DNA of 64,000 nt from an uncultured Acidobacteriaceae bacterium (lineage in GTDB: Bacteria > Acidobacteriota > Terriglobia > Terriglobales > Acidobacteriaceae). Shown piece by piece: positions 13,904-22,950 of the stretch. The notes under the pieces are model-generated. The model worked only from the letters and a program-made list of their open reading frames with translations, searched no databases and was not told the DNA's origin. The stretch spans positions 399,434 through 463,433 of the forward strand of contig CAVOKT010000004.1 of NCBI GenBank assembly GCA_963696575.1, read 5' to 3'. How positions within the stretch are numbered: position 1 is the first letter of the stretch; each line of letters starts with the position of its first letter. Both the position numbers and the translations under genes were made by a program.

Positions 13904-15620
13904 CTACATGCCCTCGTAATTCGGGCCGCCACCCCCTTCTGGCGGCACCCAGGTAATGATCTCGTAGGGGTCCATGATGTCGCAGGTCTTGCAATGTACG
14001 CAGTTGGAAGCGTTTAGATGAATCTGCAGCCCGCTCGGGGTGTCGGAAGCCTCCACCATTTCGTACACGTTGGCGGGACAGAAATTCTTACACGGGTTGC
14101 CAAATTCCCGCACGCACCGCTCGTTGCAGATGTTTGTGTCGTGTATGACGAGGTGTGCCGGCTGGTCTTCCTCGTGCTTGGTCCCCGAATAATATACGTC
14201 GGTCAGCTTATCGAAAGTGAGCTTGCCATCGCCTTTGGCGGCATTGATGATGTGCTCTTCCGGGCCTCCGTTTGCTGGCAGTTGCGAGAGCTGCTTCATG
14301 CGCACATGGCCAGCGTGATTGCTGTAGTGCGCGCGCAATCCACGGCCACCGGTGGCCTGTTGAATGCCGGCGTGCAACATTCCGGACAGAAAGCCTTTGT
14401 CGAAGCCCTGATGGAAGTTGCGTACCGGCCACAACTCCTCCTTGATCCAACTTTTGTCCACCCGGTCCTGAAATTTCTCCAGGACGTCGAGCGAAAAGTC
14501 ATCCTTCGCCATGGCCTCATAGGCAGTTTCAGCGGCGAGCATGCCGCTCTTGATGGCGAGATGAATGCCTTTCAAACGCTGCGAGTTCAGGAAACCAGCG
14601 GAGTCTCCAAGGATCATCCAGCCATCGCCGGCGACCGGTGGAATGCACCACCAGCCGCCGTAGGGCAGAGACTTCGCTCCATAGCGGACCATCTTTCCGC
14701 CCTCGAGCAGTTTCGCGATAAAGGGATGCTTCTTGAATTCCTGCAGAACTCGCTGAGGATCGATGCGAGGATCGGGATAGTCCAGACCGGTCACGAAGCC
14801 CAGCGATACTAGATTGTCATGCGAGCCGTAAATCCATGCGCCGCCATACTCGTTGAAAGTCAGCGGGTAGCCCATGGTGTAGATCACTTCGCCCGCGGCA
14901 ACTCGGCCAGCGGGCAACTCCCAGAGCTCTTTCACACCTATGCCGTAAGTCTGCGGATTGCGGGCATTATCTAACTGAAAGCGGCCAATCAACTGCTTGG
15001 TCAGCGAGCCCCGGCTGCCTTCGGCGAGAATGACAACCTTGGCTTTGAGATCGTAGCCCGGCTCGAAGTTTGATTTCTGTCTGGCCGTTCTTGTCGACGC
15101 CCTTATCGTCCGTCCGGACCCCAAGAACGCGGCCCTTTTCGAAAAGTAATTCAGAGCCGGCAAATCCAGTGAAGATCGTGATGCCCGCTGCTTCGACTTT
15201 GCTCGCCAACCACTTTACAAAGCGGTTGATGGAGATTACATAGTTGCCGTGATCGCGCAGCGGAGGCGGCACGATGGGCAGCTTGAACTTCCCAGTGCGG
15301 GTGAGGTAGTAGACCGCTTCTTTCACCACCGCCGCTTCCAGCGGCGCGTCGGTCTCGAAATCCGGGAGCAACTCGAGCATGGACCGGGGATCGAGCAGCG
15401 CGCCGGAAAGACAGTGGGCTCCCACCTCGCGCGCTTTCTCCAGCACGTAAATATTGTCTTTGGAAAGAGGAGCGTCGGGCCGCTTGGCGTTGTGTTCGTC
15501 GATCAACTGTGACAGGCGCAGCGCGCAGGCCATGCCGGCAGGTCCTCCGCCGACAATGACCACGTCCGCTTCCATCGTTGGCCGCTCAATGTTGGGAAGA
15601 GGCTTGCGAAATACAATCAT
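13904..15620 (-). pseudogene. Electron-transfer flavoprotein:ubiquinone oxidoreductase (ETF-QO), one frame break near 15085
   Basis: N-terminal FAD fold DVVIVGGGPAGMACA sits in ORF 14967..15620. The rest (KAKVVILAEGSRGSL, a C-terminal 4Fe-4S region CPANVYE...CVHCKTCDI, and ...PPEGGGGPNYEGM) sits in ORF 13904..15163. The junction reads GVDKNGQ|KSNFEPG. Confidence 0.9.
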
Positions 15621-16609
15621 GCGCCCTTTGCTTTCTTCACTTCCTCGATGAGTGGCGGCACGATATCAAAAAGATTGCCCACGACGGCGATGTCGGCGAT
15701 CTCGAAGATCGGCGCCTCGGAATCCTTATTGATGGCAATGATGCTACGCGAGCCTTTCATCCCAACCACATGTTGAATGGCTCCGCTAATGCCCAGCGCC
15801 AGATAAAGCTTGGGCGCGACAGTTTGTCCCGACGAACCCACTTGGCGATCCATGGGCAGCCAGCCGGAGTCGCAGATCGGACGTGACGCGGCAATCTCAG
15901 CGCCCAGCGCGGCAGCGAGTTGCTGGGCAAGTTCGATGTTCTTCTGCTCCTTGATACCGCGCCCAACCGAAACGATGATCTCAGCCTGGGTGAGATCGAC
16001 GGCCTGCTTCGCCTCCTTAAAGGGAGCTTCGGGCTTGTTGCGAATCACGCCATCGGCAATCGCAACGTTGACCGTCTCCACTGGAGCGGGCGCGTCACCA
16101 TTTTCGACCTTATCGCCACGGAACGCGCCTGATTGAAATGTTGCGAAGTACGGTGCGTCACCCGTAAACGACACATCAGCGGCGAATTTGCCTTGGAACA
16201 TCTGCCGGGTGAACAGCAGCTTGCCCCCTTCGTACTTGTAACCAATCGCGTCGCTGATCAGGGCCCGATTCAAGGCCGTAGCCAACTTGGGAGCGAAATC
16301 GCGTACCTGGTAGGTATGCGGCATCAGCACCAGCTTGGGTTGCTTCTGCTCAATGAAACCCTTCAGGGCAGCCACAAACCCGTCGGGAGTGTAGGGTTCG
16401 AGCTTGGACGACTCGATGTCGTAAACCTTCGCGACGCGCTTGGCAGCAACTTCATTGGCGACATCGCCAACTCCGCTGCCCGCGACGGCCGCCTCTAACG
16501 CCCATCCGGATTCCTTCGCAATCGCTTGCGCTCCAGTGAGCGTTTCCCATGAAACGCGGTTCAGTTTGCCTTCGCGCTGTTCGACAACAACCAGAATAGT
16601 GTCTGCCAT
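15617..16609 (-). CDS. etfA: Electron transfer flavoprotein alpha subunit
   Basis: 330 aa. Contains SRPICDSGWLPMDRQVGSSGQTVAPKLYLALGISGAIQHVVGM, the classic EtfA FAD-binding signature. Confidence 0.92.
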   Translation of the reverse strand: MADTILVVVEQREGKLNRVSWETLTGAQAIAKESGWALEAAVAGSGVGDVANEVAAKRVAKVYDIESSKLEPYTPDGFVAALKGFIEQKQPKLVLMPHTYQVRDFAPKLATALNRALISDAIGYKYEGGKLLFTRQMFQGKFAADVSFTGDAPYFATFQSGAFRGDKVENGDAPAPVETVNVAIADGVIRNKPEAPFKEAKQAVDLTQAEIIVSVGRGIKEQKNIELAQQLAAALGAEIAASRPICDSGWLPMDRQVGSSGQTVAPKLYLALGISGAIQHVVGMKGSRSIIAINKDSEAPIFEIADIAVVGNLFDIVPPLIEEVKKAKGA

Positions 16610-16627
16610 TTCAATCCGCTCCCTGAA

Positions 16628-17398
16628 TCACAGCACATGAAGTTCGTTGCGCAGCTTTTCGACCAACTTCTTGGCCACTTCCGCGGGTGGACCCTCAATC
16701 ACTTCCGTCTTCTTCGTCTTGAGCGGAATGTACAACTTCTCGATCTTCTGCAGGTTGTCGCTCAGTGCTGCCTTCACTTCGTCAAACGAGACTTTCTTCA
16801 TTGGCTTGTTCTTGGCCTGCTTGATACCGATCAGCGTGGCATAGCGCAGCTTGTTGATACCGGACTGGATGGTCAACACCGCGGGCAATGGCATGTCGAC
16901 AAACTGGAAGTATCCGGCCTCAAGCTCGCGCTTCACCCGGATGCCAGTGTCATTTTTTTCAATCTGCATAATGATGGTGGCGTGCGACCAACCCAGCAGC
17001 TCAGCCAGGATGACGCCGGTTTGCGCAAAACCATAGTCATCGGATTGCAGACCGGTGAAGACCAGATCGAAGTTCTCATCCTTCACCGCGGCGGCAAACG
17101 CCTTGGCGGTGTTGAAGGCGTCGAGCCCTACGAAGCTGTCTCCTTCCAGATGAATCGCACGATCGGCGCCTTTCGCCAGAGCCTCACGCAATACCTGCTG
17201 GGCCCGGGCGGGGCCGCTGGTGATTACGACGACCTCGCCTCCATGCTTTTCTTTCTGGCGCAGCGCCTCTTCCAGGGCATACGCATCCGGCTCATTGACC
17301 TCATAGGAAACATCTTCGCGAATCCACGTTCCGCTCTCGTTCAGCTTAAGCGGAGCGTCCTTCTGCGGAACCTGCTTCATGCAAACCAGGATTTTCAC
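16628..17398 (-). CDS. etfB: Electron transfer flavoprotein beta subunit
   Basis: GTG at 17398 preceded by AAGGAG. The protein starts (M)KILVCMKQVPQKD...NEPDAYALEEALR...VVITSGPARAQQVLREALAKGADRAIHL. The upstream part of the track ORF looks non-coding. Confidence 0.9.
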   Translation of the reverse strand: MKILVCMKQVPQKDAPLKLNESGTWIREDVSYEVNEPDAYALEEALRQKEKHGGEVVVITSGPARAQQVLREALAKGADRAIHLEGDSFVGLDAFNTAKAFAAAVKDENFDLVFTGLQSDDYGFAQTGVILAELLGWSHATIIMQIEKNDTGIRVKRELEAGYFQFVDMPLPAVLTIQSGINKLRYATLIGIKQAKNKPMKKVSFDEVKAALSDNLQKIEKLYIPLKTKKTEVIEGPPAEVAKKLVEKLRNELHVL

Positions 17399-17602
17399 CC
17401 AGAACTCCTTTGATTGCGCAATATCGTTCAAAAGAACCGGACAAGCGACGTCAGTCACACAGCGACTTCGCTCTCTCCGGGGAAACAGGCGAGTATAAAT
17501 GACCAGCTTGAGGATACGAAAGGAAACGCGAGCGCGTTTTCCATTACGGGAAAATCCGCTCGCGTCAAAACATTCAGACAGCAGCGCTTTCACTTCGGTG
17601 TA

Positions 17603-17877
17603 GTGGGTGGAGCACCGCTTCACAGGCTGAGGGAAAAGTCTCTGTGGGTTCGATTTGGGTAGAGCGGCGCTTTAGCGCCGCGTCCAGTCCTTTCTTCTTG
17701 TCATCACGAGCCGACTTTAGTCGGCGAGGGATACCGCTTTCCCGACTTTTTCAGCAGCCTGTTCAGCGGTACAGTCACGACCCAACTCTCAACAGCGGCT
17801 TTAGCCGCTTGGGTGGAGCACCGCTTCAGCGGTGCACTCACGACTTCAGTTTCGTCACCGGCTTTAGCCGCTGAGGT
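17603..17877. repeat. Cluster of REP-like GC hairpins (GCGGC-TTTA-GCCGC type) with an internal 18-nt direct repeat
   Basis: Hairpins GCGGCGC-TTTA-GCGCCGC, CCGAC-TTTA-GTCGG, GCGGC-TTTA-GCCGC, GCACCGC-TTCA-GCGGTGC and CCGGC-TTTA-GCCG(C). GGGTGGAGCACCGCTTCA occurs at 17605 and again at 17811. Confidence 0.7.
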
Positions 17878-18927
17878 AAATGAACTCGCTTACGACCGCG
17901 CGCCGCTCCTGCTGCAGCAACTTCTTCTTGCGCTCGATACCCCAGCGATATCCAGCGAGGTCTCCGTTGCTCCGCACTACGCGATGGCACGGTACCGCAA
18001 GCGCTACAGGGTTGCTTGCGCAGGCTGTCGCCACAGCCCGAACCGCCTTCGGATCCCCGATCGCACGCGCCACTTCGCTGTAGCTGCGCGTTTCTCCCGC
18101 CGGAATCTCAGCGCAACGCATCCCATACTTTTTTCTGGAAAGCGGTGGCGCGAACATCCAGCGGCAAATCCATCGGTGACATTCTCGCCTTGCAAGCTCG
18201 CCAGCAATGGCCGCAGATAAGGCTCCAGCGCTGCATCGTCGCGCACGATCGCGGCCGAGCGAAACTCTTCGCGCAATTCGCGCTCCAACTCACTTGCGTT
18301 CTCACCGAAGCGCACGGCACACAGGCCACGTGGCGTAGCAGCCACCAGCAGTCGGCCCAAGGGTGAAGGAACTATCGCATACTGAATGGTCATGCCGGCC
18401 CCACCCCGCCGGTAAGTTCCGGGAGTCATGCCAAGTTGCTGGCTAGACTTCTCATACAGACGGCTGGGCGAACCGAATCCCGCGTCGTAAAGTGCTGTAG
18501 TCACATCGTCTCCTTTGCGCAATCCTTGTTTGACCTGCTGCATACGCCGCGCCGACTGGTACTCGCGCGGACTGAGCCCGGTAGCTCGCTTGAACAGCCG
18601 TTGCAGATGAAACGGGCTGACTCCAACGCGCTTGCTCAGCTCCGCCAGCGTCACCACGCCCTCGGCTTCGTCGAGCAATTGTCGGGCCCGCGTCACGAAC
18701 TGCGCCTGTGCGGAGATTTCCATTGGCTTGCAGCGCAGGCACGCCCGATAGCCCGCCCGCTCAGCCAGCTTCGGATCGGAGAAAAACTCCACCGAATCCC
18801 GCCGCGGACGCCGGCTCGGGCACGACGGCCTGCAGTAAATTCCGGTGGTACGCACGGCGAAGACGAACCTGCCGTCCTGTCGCGCGTCCCGCTCCATCAC
18901 TTGTCGCCACTGTGTCTCGGATTGCAT
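17864..18927 (-). pseudogene. ada: Bifunctional Ada-type regulator / O6-alkylguanine-DNA methyltransferase, two frame breaks in the C-terminal domain
   Basis: Ada Zn finger (FAVRTTGIYCRPSCPSRRP...CLRCKP), AraC HTH (VGVSPFHLQRLFKRATGLSPREY), and a transferase domain with PCHRVV in ORF 17864..18157. Breaks are near 18190 and 18115. Confidence 0.85.
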
Positions 18928-19426
18928 GTTGCAAAGGTAGCGCTGTCGATTTCCCGGCGCTATCCGGGGCTTGCGGGCAAACTAAATTCTTGTACTTGGG
19001 ATTTTACTGCCGGCGGCCGCTGATTATCGTCATCAAACGGCCATGCAGAAGGTTTATTGGTGGGTTGGCGATTCATCATTCGTGATCTCGTGAATTGGCC
19101 TCGACACACTTCGAAACAGTTCAGTGCTTCCTAAGAAGTGTGGTAGTTGGGACCTATCTGGAGTCTTTATTTTCAGCTTGCTCATGGCCCCATCGGCATC
19201 GACATCTTCAACTTCCCACAATCGTACTTCGGAACGAGTTCCGGAGCCATCTTGCGGTCGAGTTCCTGCTCCCAGAGCCGACGAGCCGCAAGCTGAAACG
19301 AAGGACCCGCGCCGAAGATTCTCCGACATCCGGGGGGCGAATGACGACGAGATATAATCTGCTCGTGGGGTGGCTCATTCAGAGCCGCAGCCTGAGGATC
19401 GGTCAGCCGTTTTGTGAAGGTGGGCT

Positions 19427-20666
19427 GTGGTTTTTCGTTTCGAATCGTTCCAACTGGATGTCGCGGAACGCCGCTTGTTGCGTTCGGGCGAACTGGTTCC
19501 GCTTCGTGCTAAGGTCTTCGACACCCTCTGCCTCCTTGTCGAAAACCACGGGCGCCTTCTCCGTAAAGATGAGCTGATGCAACGGCTCTGGCCCGATAGC
19601 GTCGTTGAAGACAACAATCTCGACCACAACATTTCCAAGCTCCGCAGCGCATTACAAGACGGTTCCAATGGCCAGAAGTTCATCGAGACCGTGCCGCGGC
19701 AGGGCTATCGCTTTGTTGCCAACGTGCAGCAAATCTCCGGCCCTCCCGCCGCGCAGGCGGTCGCTATCTGCTTCAGCCGGTGACTCGCCATCCGAGCAGG
19801 AAATCCAGTTCTTCACCACCAGCGACGGCGTGCGACTTGCCTACACCCTCGGAGGTAGCGGCCCTCCCTTGGTACGCGCCATCGATTGGCTCAACCACCT
19901 CGACTTTGAATGGAAGAACCCCTATCGCCGGCACTGGTTCTCGCAGATCATGGGCCACAACACTCTGCTTCGTTATGACCAGCGCGGCAGTGGCCTCTCC
20001 GATTGGAATGTCGACGACTTCTCCTTTGAGCGCTCGCTCTCTGATTTCGAGGAACTCATCGCATCCGTCGGCTTTGACGAGTTCGCCCTGGTTGGCAGTT
20101 GCCAGGGCGGACCCATCGGCGCGGCCTATGCGGCTCGCCATCCTGAGCGCGTCACCAAGCTCATCCTGGTTGGGTCGTTTGCCCGAGGGTGGCCTCCTCC
20201 CGGCAGCATGATGACCGAGCAGTTCAATGCCATGCTGACGCTCATTCGCCTCGGCTGGGGACGCGACAATCCGGCCTTCCGCCAACTGTGGACAACGCTC
20301 TTCAGACCAGACGCCAGTCCCGAGGAATCCGAGTGGATGAACGAATTCCAGCGCATCACTTCATCTCCCGACAACGCCGCGCTCATGATGGCCGAGTTCC
20401 CCAAGATCAACATCACCGACCTCTTACCCAAGGTCTGCTGCCCCACTCTCGTCATTCACTCGCGCGACGAGGCCGTCGTTCCCGCCAGCGAAGGACGCCT
20501 TATCGCCTCGCGCATCCGGGGCGCCCGCTACGTCGAACTCCCCAGCCGCAGTCACGAGGTTGTCCCCGGCGAGCCCGCATGGCAACTCTTTGTTGACGAG
20601 GTCTCCCGTTTCCTTGGCTGGCCCGACGGGCATGTCGCACTCCAACCACCCGCAGCAGCAAGCTAG
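19427..20666 (+). pseudogene. Winged-helix (OmpR/CadC-type) DNA-binding domain joined to an alpha/beta-hydrolase domain; frame change within 19700-19781
   Basis: FRFESFQLDVAERRLLRSGELVPLRAKVFDTLCLLVENHGRLLRKDELMQRLWPD...ETVPRQGYRF is followed, in the next frame and without its own start codon, by IQFFTTSDGVRLAY...YDQRGSGLSD...LVGSCQGGPIGAAYA...LVIHSRDE. Confidence 0.65.
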
Positions 20667-20700
20667 CAGGGCGGCTCGCCCGGCCGCCCCGGTCAAGTAA

Positions 20701-21309
20701 TTACGCGGCATTGTCAGCCTCACATTTCGGTCGAACCATTCGGAATCCCCTGATCGACGGCTTCAGGATCGGCGACTGGCTGCAATCGTCGGCCGGTTCG
20801 CTCGGTTCGAGTCGAACGTACCGCTCAGGTTCGTCACACACGACCTTCCCGAACAGCCTGCCGGCCAGGACGGCCGGGCCGCAGATTCCCGTAATTACGT
20901 TCAAGCAAGTGGAGGCCACGATTGCTCCTCCGACGATGTAGCCGAGCGACGGCACGCCTGCCTGGAATGCACCTGCGGCCACCGAGACCATGGTCGTCGC
21001 CAGCGCAAAGGCGAAGCGTCGGCGAAGCCCATAGCGAGGCAGTTTTTGCGTACCCATTAGGTACCGCAGGCCATAGTTGTACAGGACATCAAATGGATGC
21101 CCCGTCAAAATTGCAGCCAGCGCTGTGAACGGCACCAACGCCCACAATATCTGGGCCGAGGCCAGTACCGTCCCCACTGCGACCCACACCATCATGATGC
21201 CCGGAGAGAGGCGCAAGGGGTAATTGATCTGCGCGTATGTGGCGTCGCTCAAGCCACAGAATCCTTGCATCTGGATCCTTTCGCGAGCTGTTGTCGATAT
21301 CTGTGACAT
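20701..21309 (-). CDS. DUF4395-like membrane protein
   Basis: 202 aa with 3-4 TM helices. The PRYGLRRRFAFALATTMVSVAAGAF and CLNVITGICGP blocks resemble DUF4395. Confidence 0.45.
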   Translation of the reverse strand: MSQISTTARERIQMQGFCGLSDATYAQINYPLRLSPGIMMVWVAVGTVLASAQILWALVPFTALAAILTGHPFDVLYNYGLRYLMGTQKLPRYGLRRRFAFALATTMVSVAAGAFQAGVPSLGYIVGGAIVASTCLNVITGICGPAVLAGRLFGKVVCDEPERYVRLEPSEPADDCSQSPILKPSIRGFRMVRPKCEADNAA

Positions 21310-21319
21310 GGTGGTCCTC

Positions 21320-22102
21320 CTAGGCCGCTTTCTCTGCAGCGGGTTGAACTACGTCAGTGCCTTCTCTTGGCTTGGAGGAACCGATGGGCACCAGCATCGG
21401 AACGCTCTCGCGATAACGTGTGTACTTTTCGCCGAAGACCATGACGAGGTCGCGCTCTTCCCAACGGATCGCAGTCACCATGTACGCGGTTGTCATGATG
21501 GCGAACAACAGGTGCGCGCCCGTCATGGTTGGCGTGAACCAGAACGCCATCATCCATCCGACATAAAGAGGATGCCGCACATACTTGTAGAACAGCGGCG
21601 TGCGGAAGCTCAATTGCGTGTAGGGCTTTCCGATCAGGTACAGCCAAACCTGCCGCAATCCAAACAAGTCGAAATGGTTGATCAGGAACGTGGCCATCAG
21701 CACGACGCCAAATCCCAGTCCAAACAACTGGTACATGACCAAACGGGCCGTCTGATTCTCGATGTTCCACACCGTTCCGCCCAAAGGCTGCCAGTAAGCG
21801 AACAAGGCGATCAACGCCAGGCTCGATAACAGAACATACGTGCTGCGCTCGGCGGGTTCGGGCACAACGCGCGTCCAGGCCCGCTTGAACCATGGCCGTG
21901 CCATCACACTGTGTTGAACGGCAAAGATGCCGAGCAATAGCACGTCGATTCCGAGTGCGTACAGGAACGGCGTTCGTGCCGGTGAATCCATCGTTTTGGG
22001 AACCACCAGGTTTCCGATAAACCCGACGGCGTAAAGAAAGGTGGCAAAGAAGACGCCATAGCAGGCGACTCCATATCCGAAAACAACGACTCTCTTCAAC
22101 AT
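21320..22102 (-). CDS. Membrane methyltransferase of the ICMT/PEMT superfamily, MddA-like (methanethiol S-methyltransferase-like)
   Basis: ATG at 22102 preceded by GAGGAGGAGAG. The protein reads MLKRVVVFGYGVACYGVFFATFLYAVGFIGNLVVPKTMDS...HFDLFGLRQV...FRTPLFYKYVRHPLYVGWMMAFWFTPTMT...AIRWEERDLVMVFGEKYTRYRESVPMLVP. Confidence 0.65.
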   Translation of the reverse strand: MLKRVVVFGYGVACYGVFFATFLYAVGFIGNLVVPKTMDSPARTPFLYALGIDVLLLGIFAVQHSVMARPWFKRAWTRVVPEPAERSTYVLLSSLALIALFAYWQPLGGTVWNIENQTARLVMYQLFGLGFGVVLMATFLINHFDLFGLRQVWLYLIGKPYTQLSFRTPLFYKYVRHPLYVGWMMAFWFTPTMTGAHLLFAIMTTAYMVTAIRWEERDLVMVFGEKYTRYRESVPMLVPIGSSKPREGTDVVQPAAEKAA

Positions 22103-22333
22103 TTCTCTCCTCCTCTTTCGCAACGGGCATTTTGCCCCGCGATCTGGAGTGAGATTACGGTCGAATGGGCTTGAGAGTCCTTGAACGGAACTTGAATTTT
22201 TCTGAAAGAAAGCTGGAAGGACGTTTATGGCAGGGAAAAGCACGGCTCGATGCAGCGTTCGGCATTGGAGGGTGGCTGACAGTTGCCCTGACAAATGTGC
22301 GTTCACAAATCTCGCCCGGATGCCCGGGCGCAA

Positions 22334-22740
22334 GTGGTTACTTTAGTTTCTTCCGTCGCCTGATTTCTCTGGCGCTTCGGCTTGTCGCGCTTTACAAGAG
22401 ATGTGTGGGTCAGGGGAGAGCTGTCTCTCCTCGCTTCCGCGCCCAGGCTGCGGGAGAATTTGTTCTTTGACATCGTTTTGTGGAGCCGGAAAACGGTATG
22501 ACTTGTATTGAAAGTATGGCAATTTGCGGTCATATAAGTATGACAAGTATGACAAATTGCCGTATGACAAGTATGTAAAGTATGACAACTCTGGATGCCA
22601 AAACCGCCATTTTTGGCAGCTAAGTCCTACGGGCAGACATGGATACGTATAACTTATATATTTATCAACGACATGCGAACATTTTCCGCCTAACCGACTG
22701 ATTCTAAACAACAGTGCGAAAGAATAATTTGGGTGGTATA
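22334..22740 (-). repeat. Copy 1 of a conserved ~0.4-kb non-coding element with an internal 9-nt-periodic CATAC array (partner at 38218..38591)
   Basis: The reverse complement aligns end to end with 38218..38591. Shared blocks are TATACCAC, GTTGTTTAGAATCA, CGTATCCATGTCTGC, GGACTTAGCTG, TTTTCCGGC, CGATGTCAAAGAACAAATTCT, CTGGGCGCG and GAAACTAA(A/G)GTAACCA. Eight (C/A)ATAC units lie in 22496..22588 at spacings of 9,9,15,9,24,9,9. Confidence 0.8.
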
Positions 22741-22850
22741 CACGACTACAACACTCGAATCCCGACCTGAGCTGCCCTAAACCTGCCTCAGCCTTAGACT
22801 GCAGCGCGGGACGAAGGGGTTGCTTCGGCTTAGGTTCTGAGCCTGGGCCT

Positions 22851-22950
22851 GATCCGCGTCATCTGCGAAATCCGCGGTTGCCTTTGTCTTTATGTTTAAG
22901 GCTTATCCGTGTTATCCGTGAAAATCCGCGGCTACGTCTGGCTTTTGACT
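22851..22950 (+). repeat. REP family 1 (ATCCGCGGTTGCCTTT type), two tandem units
   Basis: GATCCGCGTCATCTGCGAAATCCGCGGTTGCCTTTGTCTT / TTATCCGTGTTATCCGTGAAAATCCGCGGCTACGTCTGGCTTTT. The same unit recurs at 61592..61737 and 62684..62783. Confidence 0.8.

Noticed and set aside
18928-19426. The 500-nt region between ada and the wHTH gene (ORFs 19054..19329 and 19095..19577) as coding or as containing an Ada box.
   Set aside because: The ORFs overlap each other on opposite strands, lack motifs and have poor start contexts. The nearest Ada-box-like string (AAATCGACAGCGCT) deviates from AAAGCGCA at key positions.
22496-22588. The CATAC 9-mer arrays and the tandem REP units (22851..22950, 61592..61737, 62684..62783) as CRISPR arrays.
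   Set aside because: The repeat units are only 5-9 nt or ~45-50 nt with no unique spacers of regular length. There are no cas genes in the window, and the unit structure is imperfect.
22590-22625. A sigma-54 promoter (TGGCAT-N-TTGT) inside element copy 1, and the related GGCAG...GCGCA in copy 2.
   Set aside because: The GG-to-GC spacing is off by one in copy 1 and the -12 element is degenerate in both copies. The match is no better than chance in GC-rich DNA.
22343-22711. ORFs inside repeat elements as real small proteins: 22343..22711, 38277..38546, 17644..17874, 61592..61957 and 62522..62932.
   Set aside because: The two copies of the 0.4-kb element are read in different frames through their most conserved part. 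The other ORFs are translations of REP hairpins (IRVIRG, GFSR and LKP-type peptides). None has a start context or a recognisable domain.
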